64,000 nt of DNA, from contig CBDAON010000004.1 in assembly GCA_965198065.1 (NCBI GenBank), positions 2,805,022 to 2,869,021 on the forward strand, written 5' to 3'. Positions within the stretch are counted from its first letter, which is position 1. Each line of letters begins with the position of its first letter. The stretch is from Longimicrobiales bacterium. Its GTDB lineage: Bacteria; Gemmatimonadota; Gemmatimonadetes; Longimicrobiales; Gaopeijiaceae. Below, in pieces: positions 52,895 through 62,835 of the stretch. A program made the position numbers and the translations under genes. Under the pieces are notes generated by a model, which was not told the origin of the DNA, made no database searches, and saw only the letters and a list, made by a program, of their open reading frames with translations.

Positions 52895-54088
52895 TCAACG
52901 CCAAAGGGCTAAGTAACGGGCCCAGTCGTCCATGAGCCGACGCCGACGCTCGAACAGGTCCGTGCGCCTGTAGGCGGCCTCGACCTGGTTGCGAACCATG
53001 TGTGCCAGCGCCGCCTCCGCCACCTCGCGCGGGTGGTTGGTCTCCTCGGCGGCCCAGTCCCGGAACGAAGACCGGAAGCCGTGCGGCACCGCCTTGATCC
53101 CGAGCCTCTTGAGCAGTCGGGACATCGCGGTATTGGAGAGCGGGTTTCCGCGCATCGGGAACACGAGCGGACTACCTCGACCCACCGCCCTCGCCTCCCC
53201 GAGGATCTCCAACGCGCGACGAGAGAGGGGGACCCGGTGCTCGCGGTTCGTCTTCGTGCGCGGGGCCGGAATGGTCCACACCCCATGGTCCACGTCGATC
53301 TCCGTCCACGCAGCCCCGCGGACCTCGCCGCCGCGGGTCGCTGTCAGCACCAGGAATTCGAACGCCAGCTTCACGAGCGGCTTCGAGTTCGAGGCCCGCA
53401 CCTTTCCGATCGCGGACGCAACCTCGGCGTGCGGCAACGCCCGCATGTGTTGCACCACATAGTTCTGCGCGCCGAGTGCCGGGCCGATCCGGTCGCAGGG
53501 GTTGTCCGCCCGGAGTTCCATCGCGACGGCCCATTCCATGACCGCCCGGATGCGTTGGTGGAGCTTCCGGGCGGTGGTCGCCTTCTGGTGCCAGATCGGA
53601 GCCAGAATCCCGATCACGTCGGCGCTCGTCACCTCCGAGATCGGCGTCTCGCCGATTCGGGGGAAGACATGGCGCTCCAAACTGCTCAGCCACAGCCGGG
53701 CATGGTGGGGGGAGCGCCACCCCGGACTCAGTTGATCCCGGAGCCGCCGCGCCGCCTCGGCGCAGGTCGGCATCGACTCGGCCCGCCGCTTCTCGGACAG
53801 GGGGTGGCCACCCTCGCGGGCCAGCTTCCGGTTCGCGAACGCCTTCTCGCGGGCCTCCTTCAGAGAGACCAGAGGGTATCCGCCGAGCCCGAACTCGGTT
53901 CGGCGGCCCCGGATCGTCAGGCGCTGAATCCAGCCCCGGCTCCCCGTGGGCCGGACATCGAGATAAAGGCCGTTCCCGTCGCAGTATCGTCCGGCCCGGC
54001 TCACGTTGCGGACGAAGGCCGGCGTGAGCGCGTTGTGCGGATGCTGGCCGCGCGGCTTGCGTTTCGGAGGTCGTCTCGAGAGCGGCAT
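52895..54088 (-). CDS. P4-type tyrosine integrase
   Basis: Arm-binding domain DGNGLYL...GLGGYPLVSLKEAR and catalytic TATRGGE, HGFRSSFRDW, LAH...AAY. Confidence 0.93.
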   Translation of the reverse strand: MPLSRRPPKRKPRGQHPHNALTPAFVRNVSRAGRYCDGNGLYLDVRPTGSRGWIQRLTIRGRRTEFGLGGYPLVSLKEAREKAFANRKLAREGGHPLSEKRRAESMPTCAEAARRLRDQLSPGWRSPHHARLWLSSLERHVFPRIGETPISEVTSADVIGILAPIWHQKATTARKLHQRIRAVMEWAVAMELRADNPCDRIGPALGAQNYVVQHMRALPHAEVASAIGKVRASNSKPLVKLAFEFLVLTATRGGEVRGAAWTEIDVDHGVWTIPAPRTKTNREHRVPLSRRALEILGEARAVGRGSPLVFPMRGNPLSNTAMSRLLKRLGIKAVPHGFRSSFRDWAAEETNHPREVAEAALAHMVRNQVEAAYRRTDLFERRRRLMDDWARYLALWR

Positions 54089-54244
54089 ACCCACCATTAT
54101 ATCAGCCACAATGTGGCGGATGCAAGGGGACGGCAGAGAACACCCACGGATCGCATCCAACCCTATATGTTCATTATAACTCAATGTATTCAAGCCACTT
54201 GTGTACGATATGGGACCTGTCTGGATGATCAGGTTATCCATAGA

Positions 54245-54965
54245 CTTGCTGCCAGAACGGCTCGCGGCTCTTGCCGAAGAGCTGGTTGATCAGGGATGAG
54301 ACGCTGTAGGCGAGCGAGTAAGTGTCGAGCAGCGGATCGTCGAGCGGGTTCCACTGCCAGGCGCCGTCGAGGCCGATCTCCAGGTAATCGTCGGCGCGGC
54401 CGGCGTTCTCGAGGATCCTCCGCACGTCGTGGCAGAAGTCGCCCTTGACCTCGAGCACCAAGGCGCTGGCCCGGCGTGCGGGCCGGTCGGCCTGCCACGA
54501 GAGGAGCTGCTGGGCGAACGGATACATGCAGGCCGAGGTCTTGCCGGAGCCGACGGCGCCGACGATGAGGACGCCGGTGTAGAGCCCCGTCTCGGGAACG
54601 ACGAGCCAGGAGGGCCGCTCGCTCTCTCGCGGGACGACGGGATGGTGGAGCTCGCCGATCACCAGCGATGGTGTCTCGTCCTCGGGCGAGGCGGGCCAGG
54701 GTGGCAACGTGCCCCGGCGCCCTCCTCCCGCTCGTGGCTGGAGCCAGACTCTCCAGACCGAGAGGCCGAGGCTGCCGGCGAGCAGCACGGCGACGGCGGG
54801 CGCGGCGTAGTACCAGACGCGGATCACGGTGTGGAAGCCCGGATCGTGGTAGGCGATGAGGTCGAGCACGGGGTTGCCGCCGCTGGCGGGAAACGGCGCC
54901 CGGAAGGCGTGGACGATCGCGGCCGCCGCGGCGGCGCCAGCCAGGATCAGCGCGGGCCGCCTCAT
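54245..54965 (-). pseudogene. virD4: type IV coupling protein, N-terminal part
   Basis: Two TM segments and Walker A GAVGSGKT, ending ...SREPFWQQ at the att repeat. Confidence 0.85.
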
Positions 54966-54999
54966 CGCTGTGACAACCTTCCCGTAGGGATCCATGGAT

Positions 55000-55092
55000 G
55001 GGAGCGACCCCCCGTGGGAGGGTGGCATGGGTGTGCACATGCCAACCCTCCCCGATGCTGATCGAGGCATCCCGAAAGGGGGGGTCGCTCCC
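55000..55092. other. nested inverted-repeat structure, candidate ICE oriT or structured RNA
   Basis: A 14-bp perfect outer stem (55000-55013/55079-55092) encloses two further hairpins. Confidence 0.5.
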
Positions 55093-55269
55093 TTCTTCGG
55101 CCGAAAGCTCCGGAGCGGCGTCGCAGCTCCGCCGGCCGTGCCGCAACTGCAAGACAGCCAGGCACATAAGGGAGCGCTGGCGCGCACATGAAAATGGCGT
55201 TTCGGTGCACATGCACCCCGTTGTCTGATGTGCACTCGCCGATCAGCAACGACGCTCGCTGATCCGCGT

Positions 55270-56205
55270 TCAAAATCCGCCTCCAGGGAGCCGTCTTGAG
55301 CGCCATGTCGCGAAGCCGTGGATCATCGTTCCGGGACTCGAGGATCGGTGGACGTCGTTCAACTCGACGATCCGCTTGAGGCAGGCCTGCAGGTCGCCAT
55401 ACTCTTTGAGCACCCGGTCATTCTTGTCGCGGATGCCCTGCTCGATTCGGGCGATCTCGCGGCGAGCCGCACTGTCGGGTTCCGGAACAGCGGAGGGGCC
55501 GGATGCTGTAGATGTGTTGGTCCAGTTCTCGAGGATCGTCAGGGCCCGCTGCAGCTCCCTCACGGTGCGGACGACGGCCACGACCTCGATGGATCGGCCG
55601 CGCTCCCGCAGCGCTTCCCAGAGGCCGCGATGTGCCACGGCCCACGAGCGTAGCGCCGTCGTGGTATCGTGTCCGGGATCGACGTAGACGAACACGGCGC
55701 GTTCGGCCTCGAGCGCGACCGGCAGCTTGACCGGGAAATAGCGCCGGGTGTTGCCAGCGGCTCCCCGGTAGAGCCGCGAGGGCAGGAGCCGGCGCTCGAT
55801 GCCGAGCGCCTCGAACGCGCCGACCTTCTCCGGCTCGGTGGGCAGCCACGACAAGCCGGTGTGCTCGAGCACGTAATCGAGCGAGAGCAGGCGCCGCAGG
55901 AGCACTTCATCGGAAGCGATCCGGCGGTGGCGGAGGTCCTCGGCCCCGAGCGCGCGGTAGATCCCGCGCCCGCAGATCCGGCAGACTTTCCGGCCTTCCA
56001 GTGTCTCGTCGGCTGCCAGCCTTCGCTCCGACATGGCCCGGACGAACCGAAGAGCCTGCCAGCGATCGATCCGTAGATAGGCGGAGAGCTGGGCGCGGGT
56101 GAACACGCCGCTGTGGAGACATGCCAGCGCGATCCACTCGGCCTGGCGGCCCGTCCACCCGAACGCTTCGAGGGCCGCTTCCCGTCCCTGCAGATGCGCG
56201 ATCAC
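55270..56205 (-). CDS. hypothetical wHTH protein of the conjugation operon, possibly Replic_Relax-like
   Basis: GTG start overlapping the virB8 stop. AEWIALACLHSGVFTRAQ...IYRALG...RHRR. Confidence 0.6.
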   Translation of the reverse strand: MIAHLQGREAALEAFGWTGRQAEWIALACLHSGVFTRAQLSAYLRIDRWQALRFVRAMSERRLAADETLEGRKVCRICGRGIYRALGAEDLRHRRIASDEVLLRRLLSLDYVLEHTGLSWLPTEPEKVGAFEALGIERRLLPSRLYRGAAGNTRRYFPVKLPVALEAERAVFVYVDPGHDTTTALRSWAVAHRGLWEALRERGRSIEVVAVVRTVRELQRALTILENWTNTSTASGPSAVPEPDSAARREIARIEQGIRDKNDRVLKEYGDLQACLKRIVELNDVHRSSSPGTMIHGFATWRSRRLPGGGF

Positions 56206-56870
56206 CTGGGCGGCTCCGTGACCAGGGCACGGTCGGCCTGGAGGTAGGTGATGAGGATGCCCATCGGGTTGTAGACGACGAGTTCGGAGGGGATGACGGT
56301 GAGGAACGTGAACCGGAGCGTGATCGACCACCGCTCCCGCAGCGTCTCCTGCCCCTGCCGGAGGCGGACCAGATCGAAGTCGGCGGTCGCGCCGTGGGGC
56401 GCCTCCGGTGCGGGGTGGATGCGGAGCACGACCTGCTCGACCTGGTGCTCGGTGTCGGAGGTGCCGGCCGCCATGGCGGCGACCTCGGCGCCGTCCCTCG
56501 TGAACGCGGCGTTCGCCAGCTCGGTCGAGAGGAAGCGGAGGCTCCGGGTCCAGTGCTCCTCGACCGTCGCCCGTCGCCGCGAATAGAAGTCGGAGATGAA
56601 CCGGTTTAGGAAGTATTTGGTCGTGGGATCGAGCGGATCCGCCTGCGCCGTGGCGGCCTCGTAGGCCACGGCCTCGGCACGGCCGACCTCGTCGACCCGG
56701 ACCACGATCGGGCGGGGCGGCTCGACGGTCGCGATGCGGAGCAGGAGCACGCCGAGCGTGAGGCACGCGGCGGCGAGGATCATCGCCAGCGTCCGGAGCT
56801 TTCGGTTCGCTTGCACGGTCTCGCCCCAGATCTCCGCGTACTCGCGGCCGGCATCGCGTTCTCGGTTCAT
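56202..56870 (-). CDS. virB8: VirB8/TrbF family protein
   Basis: One TM, IVVRVDEVG and C-terminal YNPMGILIT. Confidence 0.8.
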   Translation of the reverse strand: MNRERDAGREYAEIWGETVQANRKLRTLAMILAAACLTLGVLLLRIATVEPPRPIVVRVDEVGRAEAVAYEAATAQADPLDPTTKYFLNRFISDFYSRRRATVEEHWTRSLRFLSTELANAAFTRDGAEVAAMAAGTSDTEHQVEQVVLRIHPAPEAPHGATADFDLVRLRQGQETLRERWSITLRFTFLTVIPSELVVYNPMGILITYLQADRALVTEPPR

Positions 56871-56881
56871 GGATGTCTCCT

Positions 56882-57892
56882 TCAGCCTCCGGGGACTGGG
56901 GGGCGGGCCGGGTTCGCGGCAGCGCTGAGGCGTCCGCCGCCGCGCACCACGAGCGCCATCATGCCCGACCCGACGGATCCGGACCCGGAGACGAGCATCG
57001 CGGCGAGCTCGCCCACCTTCATGCCGGCCATCAGGCCGGAGACGACGAGCGGGAGGAGGACGACGACCCAGAGCCCTAGCTCGGCCGGGTCGGAGGAGCC
57101 GGTGCCCATCAAGGCGCCGGTATAGGTCGTGACGTAGCCCATGCCGACGCCCATGAACACGCGGAGGATGGCGCCGGCTACGACGCCGTAGAGCGTGTAG
57201 ACCATGAGCGTGCGGAACCATCCCCAGAACAGGAACGCGAGCGGCTCGAACAGCAGCCAGGGGATGAACACCGGCCCGAGCAGGATCACGATCGCGAGCG
57301 CCACCTGCGCCCAGATCACCTGCGCGTAGGTCAGGCAGAAGAGCGCGACGAGGCCGAGCACGAGCGGCACGCCCATCATCAGCGCGACGAGGGAGGAGAA
57401 GAACACGTTCACGCCCTCGGTCATGAGGGTCATCAGGCTCCCGCCGGACCATGCCGCGCCGAGCCGTGCGGCGAACGCCTGGACCAGCGCGGTCATCTCC
57501 GTATAGCCGACGGACACGACGTCGGAGATGAACAGGTTCTGGAGCCAAATCCCTCCGGCCGCCACCGTGGCCGGGAACGTGAAGCCGACGCCCGGGATCG
57601 GGACGCTGTAGTAATGGAGCAGCGTCCGGGGGATCGCGATCCCGAGCACGACACGCACGAGAGCCCACGGTTCGAGCGTGCCGCTGTACGCGATCTTGAG
57701 GCCGCTCCAGGCGACGACGATCGCCGCGAGACCGCCCCACAGCTGGTGGCCGAGCGTCAGCACGTCGGGCGCCGCGCCGCCGACCACGGTGTCGAGCACG
57801 ACGTCCAAGAACCCCTTGAAGTCCTGGAGCTGATCCGCGGGGATCTGGGCCGGGACGTTCGGATCGATCGACTGGGGGGGAGGAAGTTGCAT
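56882..57892 (-). CDS. virB6: VirB6/TrbL family protein
   Basis: Polytopic membrane protein with LLGPVFIPWLLF...FWGWFR. Confidence 0.85.
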   Translation of the reverse strand: MQLPPPQSIDPNVPAQIPADQLQDFKGFLDVVLDTVVGGAAPDVLTLGHQLWGGLAAIVVAWSGLKIAYSGTLEPWALVRVVLGIAIPRTLLHYYSVPIPGVGFTFPATVAAGGIWLQNLFISDVVSVGYTEMTALVQAFAARLGAAWSGGSLMTLMTEGVNVFFSSLVALMMGVPLVLGLVALFCLTYAQVIWAQVALAIVILLGPVFIPWLLFEPLAFLFWGWFRTLMVYTLYGVVAGAILRVFMGVGMGYVTTYTGALMGTGSSDPAELGLWVVVLLPLVVSGLMAGMKVGELAAMLVSGSGSVGSGMMALVVRGGGRLSAAANPARPPVPGG

Positions 57893-57910
57893 GACAGTCG
57901 CTCCCGGGGC

Positions 57911-58819
57911 CTATGCCTGGCCGCCCATGTAGAACGACGGGATCTTGAAGAGGAGCCCCTCCCGGAGCCGGTCGCGGTTCTGGAACGCGGCCGTGCGCAT
58001 CGCATCGGCCATCGCGTTCGTACGGAGGCGTGCGTCCCTCCACTCGGCGAGCCGCTCGAGCCGGTCGATCTCAGCCTGCTGCATCCGGTTTGCCTGCTCG
58101 ACGGCCTGATAGGCGAGCACCTGCGCCACGGCGGCGTTGATCCGGCCCTGGGTCAGCGCTGCAGCCACTTGCGCCTGCTGGAGCGCCGTGTTGGACAGAT
58201 TGCCGTTCGCGGTGAGCTCGTCGAACGAGCCCTGTGCGCTCTCGACGGTCGAGGCGAGCGAGGCCGCGGCGTCCATCATCGCGTAGTCGAGCACGCGCTG
58301 GCGGTCGGCGGCCTCACGGGCCTGGCGGTAGTCCGCCGCCGCGCGCGACGACGCCTCGGCCGGGCGGTTGCGGAAGAGCTCGAGGATGTCCGCCTCGCTC
58401 ACCTGGTCGGCCACACCTTGGGCGCTCCGCCAGACGTCGGTGAACGAGTCGCCGCTCCCCATGTCACGGACCGCGTCGACCAGCTCGCCGGCCGCGCCGC
58501 TGAACTCGGAGCCCCAGTCGAGGCCGTCGCCGACGAGGCCGATGGATCCGGCCGACAGCTCCGAGAACGGTTCGATCAGCGCGTCCACCTCGCCCCGCGC
58601 GGCCTCTTTCATGTAGTCGAGCTGCTCCTCGAGCTCGGTGAGTTGGCGGGTCATCGTCCGCATCTGGCGGATCTGGTTAGCGATCTGGGTCGCCTGGTTC
58701 ACGATCATCTGGGCTCGCTGGATCACGCCGCCGATGTCGAAGAGGGCGTTGGCCGGACTTGCGCTGGTCAGCATCAGAAGGGCGACGAGGAAGGCGGTGG
58801 TAAGGCTGCGGTGACGCAT
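57911..58819 (-). CDS. VirB5/TrbJ-like secreted protein
   Basis: Signal peptide, QIANQIRQ coiled-coil, and operon position. Confidence 0.6.
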   Translation of the reverse strand: MRHRSLTTAFLVALLMLTSASPANALFDIGGVIQRAQMIVNQATQIANQIRQMRTMTRQLTELEEQLDYMKEAARGEVDALIEPFSELSAGSIGLVGDGLDWGSEFSGAAGELVDAVRDMGSGDSFTDVWRSAQGVADQVSEADILELFRNRPAEASSRAAADYRQAREAADRQRVLDYAMMDAAASLASTVESAQGSFDELTANGNLSNTALQQAQVAAALTQGRINAAVAQVLAYQAVEQANRMQQAEIDRLERLAEWRDARLRTNAMADAMRTAAFQNRDRLREGLLFKIPSFYMGGQA

Positions 58820-58836
58820 GATGAGCTCCTTGTTCG

Positions 58837-60123
58837 TCAGTGCCGGGTCCCGGCCCTGGGGACCAGGACGTCGGACGTGAACCAGATGCGCAGGCGATGG
58901 CCGGCGCGGATCGTGATCGTGGGTAGCCGGTTCAGGAACCGGTCGAGAACCGAGGTCGCGCTCTGGCCGAGGCCCTGGCCGACGCCCGCCCTGAGGCCGA
59001 ACGGCGAACCGCCGGCCAAGGCGAGCCCACTCACGACGCCGATGGCTCCGGCCGCCGCGAACGTGCTGAAGTAGTGGCGATAGACTTGGTCCCGAAGCGC
59101 GCCCTCGCCAGCCTGGTTCAGGCCCGTGAACTCGAGGTCGATCCAGCTGCCGTCGGGCATGATCAACCGATGGAACGCGACGGCGAGCCGGCTCTGGTCC
59201 GGATCTTGGACGGCCCGGGCCGTGCCGACGACACGCGCGCCGCGCGGGATCAGGACCCGTTGGCGGTCGGCCGAATAGAATGGGACCGAGACGGTCGCGA
59301 GCACCGGCCCGGGGAAATCGCCCGAGAGCTGCGTGAGGAGCACCGCCTCGAGAAACGAACCCTCGTAGATCCGCTCCCAGCCCGGCAGGTCGGCAGGCTG
59401 GACGCTACGCCCTGGCTGAACCGTGCCGGGAGCTCGGAGGGAGGCCTGCGGCCCGGACGCAGGCGCCGCCGCAGTGGCGATGCCAGGGGACCCGAGGAGA
59501 AACGGGTCGCCCGCTAGCCCGGCTTCCAATTCGTTCTCGAGTGCCCCGACCGACTGCTCGAAGGAGGCGAGCGCCGCTTGCACCGTGTTCTCTAGGACCG
59601 CCACATCCGCGTCGGCCGCATCGCCGGTGCCGGCTTCGGACGACTCCGCAGCTGCATTCGGATCCCGGTACGATTGGGCCACGGGAAGGGCACGGAGCGA
59701 GCGGGTTCTTCGCTCCAGCTCCTCCAGCCGAAGCGCCTCCCTAAGCTCCGACTCGGCTGCTCCGATGCCTGGGATCAAGGCTGCGGTGTTCGGCGTCTCC
59801 GACTCCGTCTGGAGCCGAGCCATCTCCCCGGCGGCAGCGGCCTGCCGGCGTTCGAGCTCGGCGCGCGCCCGGGCGGCGGCCTCCAGAGTCTGCCGCTCGG
59901 CCTCTTGCCGAATGCGAGCCTGGAGCGACCTCCCCATCCCGTCGTCGACCGCCTGCGCCTCGGGCAGGGCTACGAGAGTGTCGGCTTCCTGAGGACCCGT
60001 CATCGCCCACGAGAAGAGGAGTCCACCGACGAGCACGGCGATCAACACCACGCCCGCCTTGGTGACGATCCCGCCAGGCAGCGCACCTTCCGGGGGCCGG
60101 ACCCACTGCTTCCAGCGGCTCAT
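58837..60123 (-). CDS. virB10: VirB10/TrbI family protein
   Basis: LSGDFPGP, LIPRGARVVG, PTITIRAG. Confidence 0.88.
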   Translation of the reverse strand: MSRWKQWVRPPEGALPGGIVTKAGVVLIAVLVGGLLFSWAMTGPQEADTLVALPEAQAVDDGMGRSLQARIRQEAERQTLEAAARARAELERRQAAAAGEMARLQTESETPNTAALIPGIGAAESELREALRLEELERRTRSLRALPVAQSYRDPNAAAESSEAGTGDAADADVAVLENTVQAALASFEQSVGALENELEAGLAGDPFLLGSPGIATAAAPASGPQASLRAPGTVQPGRSVQPADLPGWERIYEGSFLEAVLLTQLSGDFPGPVLATVSVPFYSADRQRVLIPRGARVVGTARAVQDPDQSRLAVAFHRLIMPDGSWIDLEFTGLNQAGEGALRDQVYRHYFSTFAAAGAIGVVSGLALAGGSPFGLRAGVGQGLGQSATSVLDRFLNRLPTITIRAGHRLRIWFTSDVLVPRAGTRH

Positions 60124-60986
60124 CGGAGTCCTTCCCTGGGCGTGAACCGCCAGCTCGCCCGCTTGTCGCCGATCTGGAGCCACCCGTCGCCCAGCACGTG
60201 GCGGGCGATGTAGAGGCCCTCCTCGCTCAGGTCGTACGCCACGAGCGCCGGTTCGCCGTCCCGGAGCTCATAGAGGGCCGGCGACTCCTGCGCGTGGGAG
60301 CGGAGGAAGGTGAACTGCCCGTCGTGCCACATCGCTTCGACCAGGAACGGCCGGTCCGCCGCGTCCCCGTCGAGGTGGTATTCGAACGCGAGGCGCGCGG
60401 GATAGCCGGCACGGAACTCCTCGATCGCCGACTCGGCGTGCGACCGAGCCTCCAGGATGCCGGCCTCGGCTGCCTCCCGGGCACTCCGAGCCGCCTCGGC
60501 CGCCTCGGCGGCCATCTGCTGATAGGCCGCGACCTCGCTCCGCGCGACGAACGCGGGACGGCCCGTGCCGCCGCCGGAGAGCCCTGCTTGGTCGGTTCCG
60601 GACTCCACGCGGACCACCAGATGGGGTGGCCCGTCGCTCTGCTCTGCCACGAGGAACGAGTAGATGCGCCCGGACTCGCATACGAGCGCGATGTTCGTCG
60701 CCGCGTCCGAAGCGAGAGGCTTCAGGAACGCGACGTTCGCCGCGCCCGCCAGGTGCCAGTACTCCGAGTCGCCGACCACGAAATCCAGGATGTTCTCACC
60801 GGCGGGGAGCACGATCACCGTCGTGTGACGGACCTGCGTCCGCAGCCGGTGGATGCGGTCCTCGCCCTCCTCCGGGACCGGTACTCGGAGGAACGCTTGG
60901 TCGTCCTCCTGCTGGGCGGTAGCCCCGGCGGGGAGGGCAGCCAAGAGAAGGGCGGTTAGAACGAGGGGTGCCATTGGTGGTCGCAT
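60120..60986 (-). CDS. virB9: VirB9/TrbG family protein
   Basis: Signal peptide, VGDSEYW, FLKP, WHDGQFTFL. Confidence 0.85.
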   Translation of the reverse strand: MRPPMAPLVLTALLLAALPAGATAQQEDDQAFLRVPVPEEGEDRIHRLRTQVRHTTVIVLPAGENILDFVVGDSEYWHLAGAANVAFLKPLASDAATNIALVCESGRIYSFLVAEQSDGPPHLVVRVESGTDQAGLSGGGTGRPAFVARSEVAAYQQMAAEAAEAARSAREAAEAGILEARSHAESAIEEFRAGYPARLAFEYHLDGDAADRPFLVEAMWHDGQFTFLRSHAQESPALYELRDGEPALVAYDLSEEGLYIARHVLGDGWLQIGDKRASWRFTPREGLR

Positions 60987-60992
60987 GGCGTG

Positions 60993-62835
60993 TCAGCTCC
61001 TTGCGTTGGGGGTGGGGGTGGGGGTGGGATCGTCTCGGCTCGCGAGCACCTCGAGCGCCCGGCTGAGTCCGTGACGCTCGACGGCCCGGGCCCGCTCCTC
61101 GGCGTCCAATGCGGACGAGGTGTAGAGCCAGTAGCTCTCCGGATCGACCTCGAGCCGGAGCACCGCCGCCCCGTCCGGGCGGCGCAGGTAGAGCTCGCGT
61201 TTGGGGATCAGGCCCCGGACCTGGGCCAGCTCCGACTCGTTCAGCCGGAACAGCGCTCCGACCTCGTCGGGGAGCTCCGGGTTCGCGAGGAACAGCTTGG
61301 TCGGGATCGACTCGAGGAGCGCCGCCGCGCCCGGCGTGGCCGTGACGTCCACCGCGGACTGGGTGGCGAGGATCAGCGCGGCGTTCTTCTTCCGCCACGT
61401 CTTCGCCGCCTCGGCCAGGTAGCTAAGCACCGCCGGGTCCTGCAGGTAGCGCCAGGCTTCGTCCACCACCATCAGCTTCAGCCGCGTCGCCTCGGACGGA
61501 TCCTCCACCTCGAGCCGCATCCGCTCGAGCAGATAGGAGAGTGCCGCGTCGCAGAGATCCGGATGCTCGACCGCACCCGCCAGATCGATCACCTGCCAGT
61601 CGGCGAACTCGAGGTCCGGCGCCCCGCCCGCCGGGTTGTCGAAGTAGGCGCCCCACGCGCCGCCTTGGGTCCAGCGGCTCCATGCCGGCCACGTCGCGGA
61701 CGGAAGCGAGCTTGCCAAGACGCTCAGCGTGCGCCGCTCCGGCTCGAACGCGTAGAGGTCCTCGATCCGCGCCCGGATCTCGCTCGTATCCGCCCCGCTC
61801 GCTTCCCAACCGCCGAGCTTCAGGAGCCGGAGCACCCAGCCGGTCAGGAACTGGAACGTCCGCGTGCCCGCCGGCAGGGCGAACGGCTGAAGCCGGAGCG
61901 TCGGCTCCGCCTCCCCGGGCGAGAGCTCCAGGTAGCGGCCCCCGAGGAACCGGGTCAGCCAGCGGTAGGAGCCGCCCAGGTCCAGGATCAGGACGCGCGG
62001 GTCGTACCTGAGAGCTTCGACCAGCAGGAAGTTGAGCGTGAAGCTCTTCCCCGAGCCGGTCGCGCCGAGCATCAGCGTGTGGCCTACGTCGCCGGCAAAC
62101 AGGTCGTAGTGGTACGCCGTACGCCACGGGGTCTCCAAGACCGCGAGCGACTCACGGCCAAGGTGTTTGCTCTTTGCCGTGCCCCGGGGCGGCCCGAAGA
62201 GCGGCGCCAGGCTCGCCGCCACACCGGCCGACACGAACACCTTCCGCACCTGCCGCCCACGCGGCTGGGCCGGCAGCCGCGCGAACCAGGCCGGCAGCTG
62301 GCCGTAGCCCTCACGGATCACCTTCGCGGCGTGCGCGGCGAACAGCCGACGCAGGTCGCCGTCCACGCGTTCGATGCTCCCAAGCTCGCCGTGGAGGGCC
62401 ACGGTCAGCGTGGCCTCGCCGTAGCTCACCCCGTCCGCTTCCAGCTCGACCAGCGCCTCGCCCAGCCGGTCGGACTCGGTCGCCGCGGCCGAGTCGACCA
62501 TGGCGGCCGCCGTGCCCTCGGTCTCCTGCACATGCGCCATCATCGAGTAGCGGCGCGCGAAGTAGTGGCGCTGCGCGCCACGGATCCGGCGCCTCGCCGC
62601 CTCCATCGCCCACGGCCGCCACTCGAGCGAGACCGTCATCGCCGCGTCCAGGCAGTAGAGCTCCTGGAGCAGGTTGGCCCGGGCCTGCCCAGGCGGGGAC
62701 AGAAGCGAGTACAGGATCACCGGCTGGCCGTCGAGGCGCAGGTGCCCTCGCTCCGCCTCGAGTTCCGAGAGGGCGAGCCGCCAGTTCATACCGCTCCCCG
62801 TCGCGCCGTCCCACACCGTGCCCGGACGGTTGATC
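60993..62835 (-). pseudogene. virB4: VirB4 ATPase, 5' part missing
   Basis: GATGSGKS, VVDEAW, LATQS. The frame stays open upstream to INRPGT, then hits a stop in AT-rich foreign sequence. Confidence 0.85.

Larger units (their letters stand above)
39864..54264. mobile_element. 14.4-kb integrative mobilizable element inserted in virD4
   Basis: Direct repeats ATAG(G/A)CTTGCTGCCAGAACGGCTCG at 39864-39888 and 54240-54264, an integrase next to the right repeat, and mob genes inside. Confidence 0.88.
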
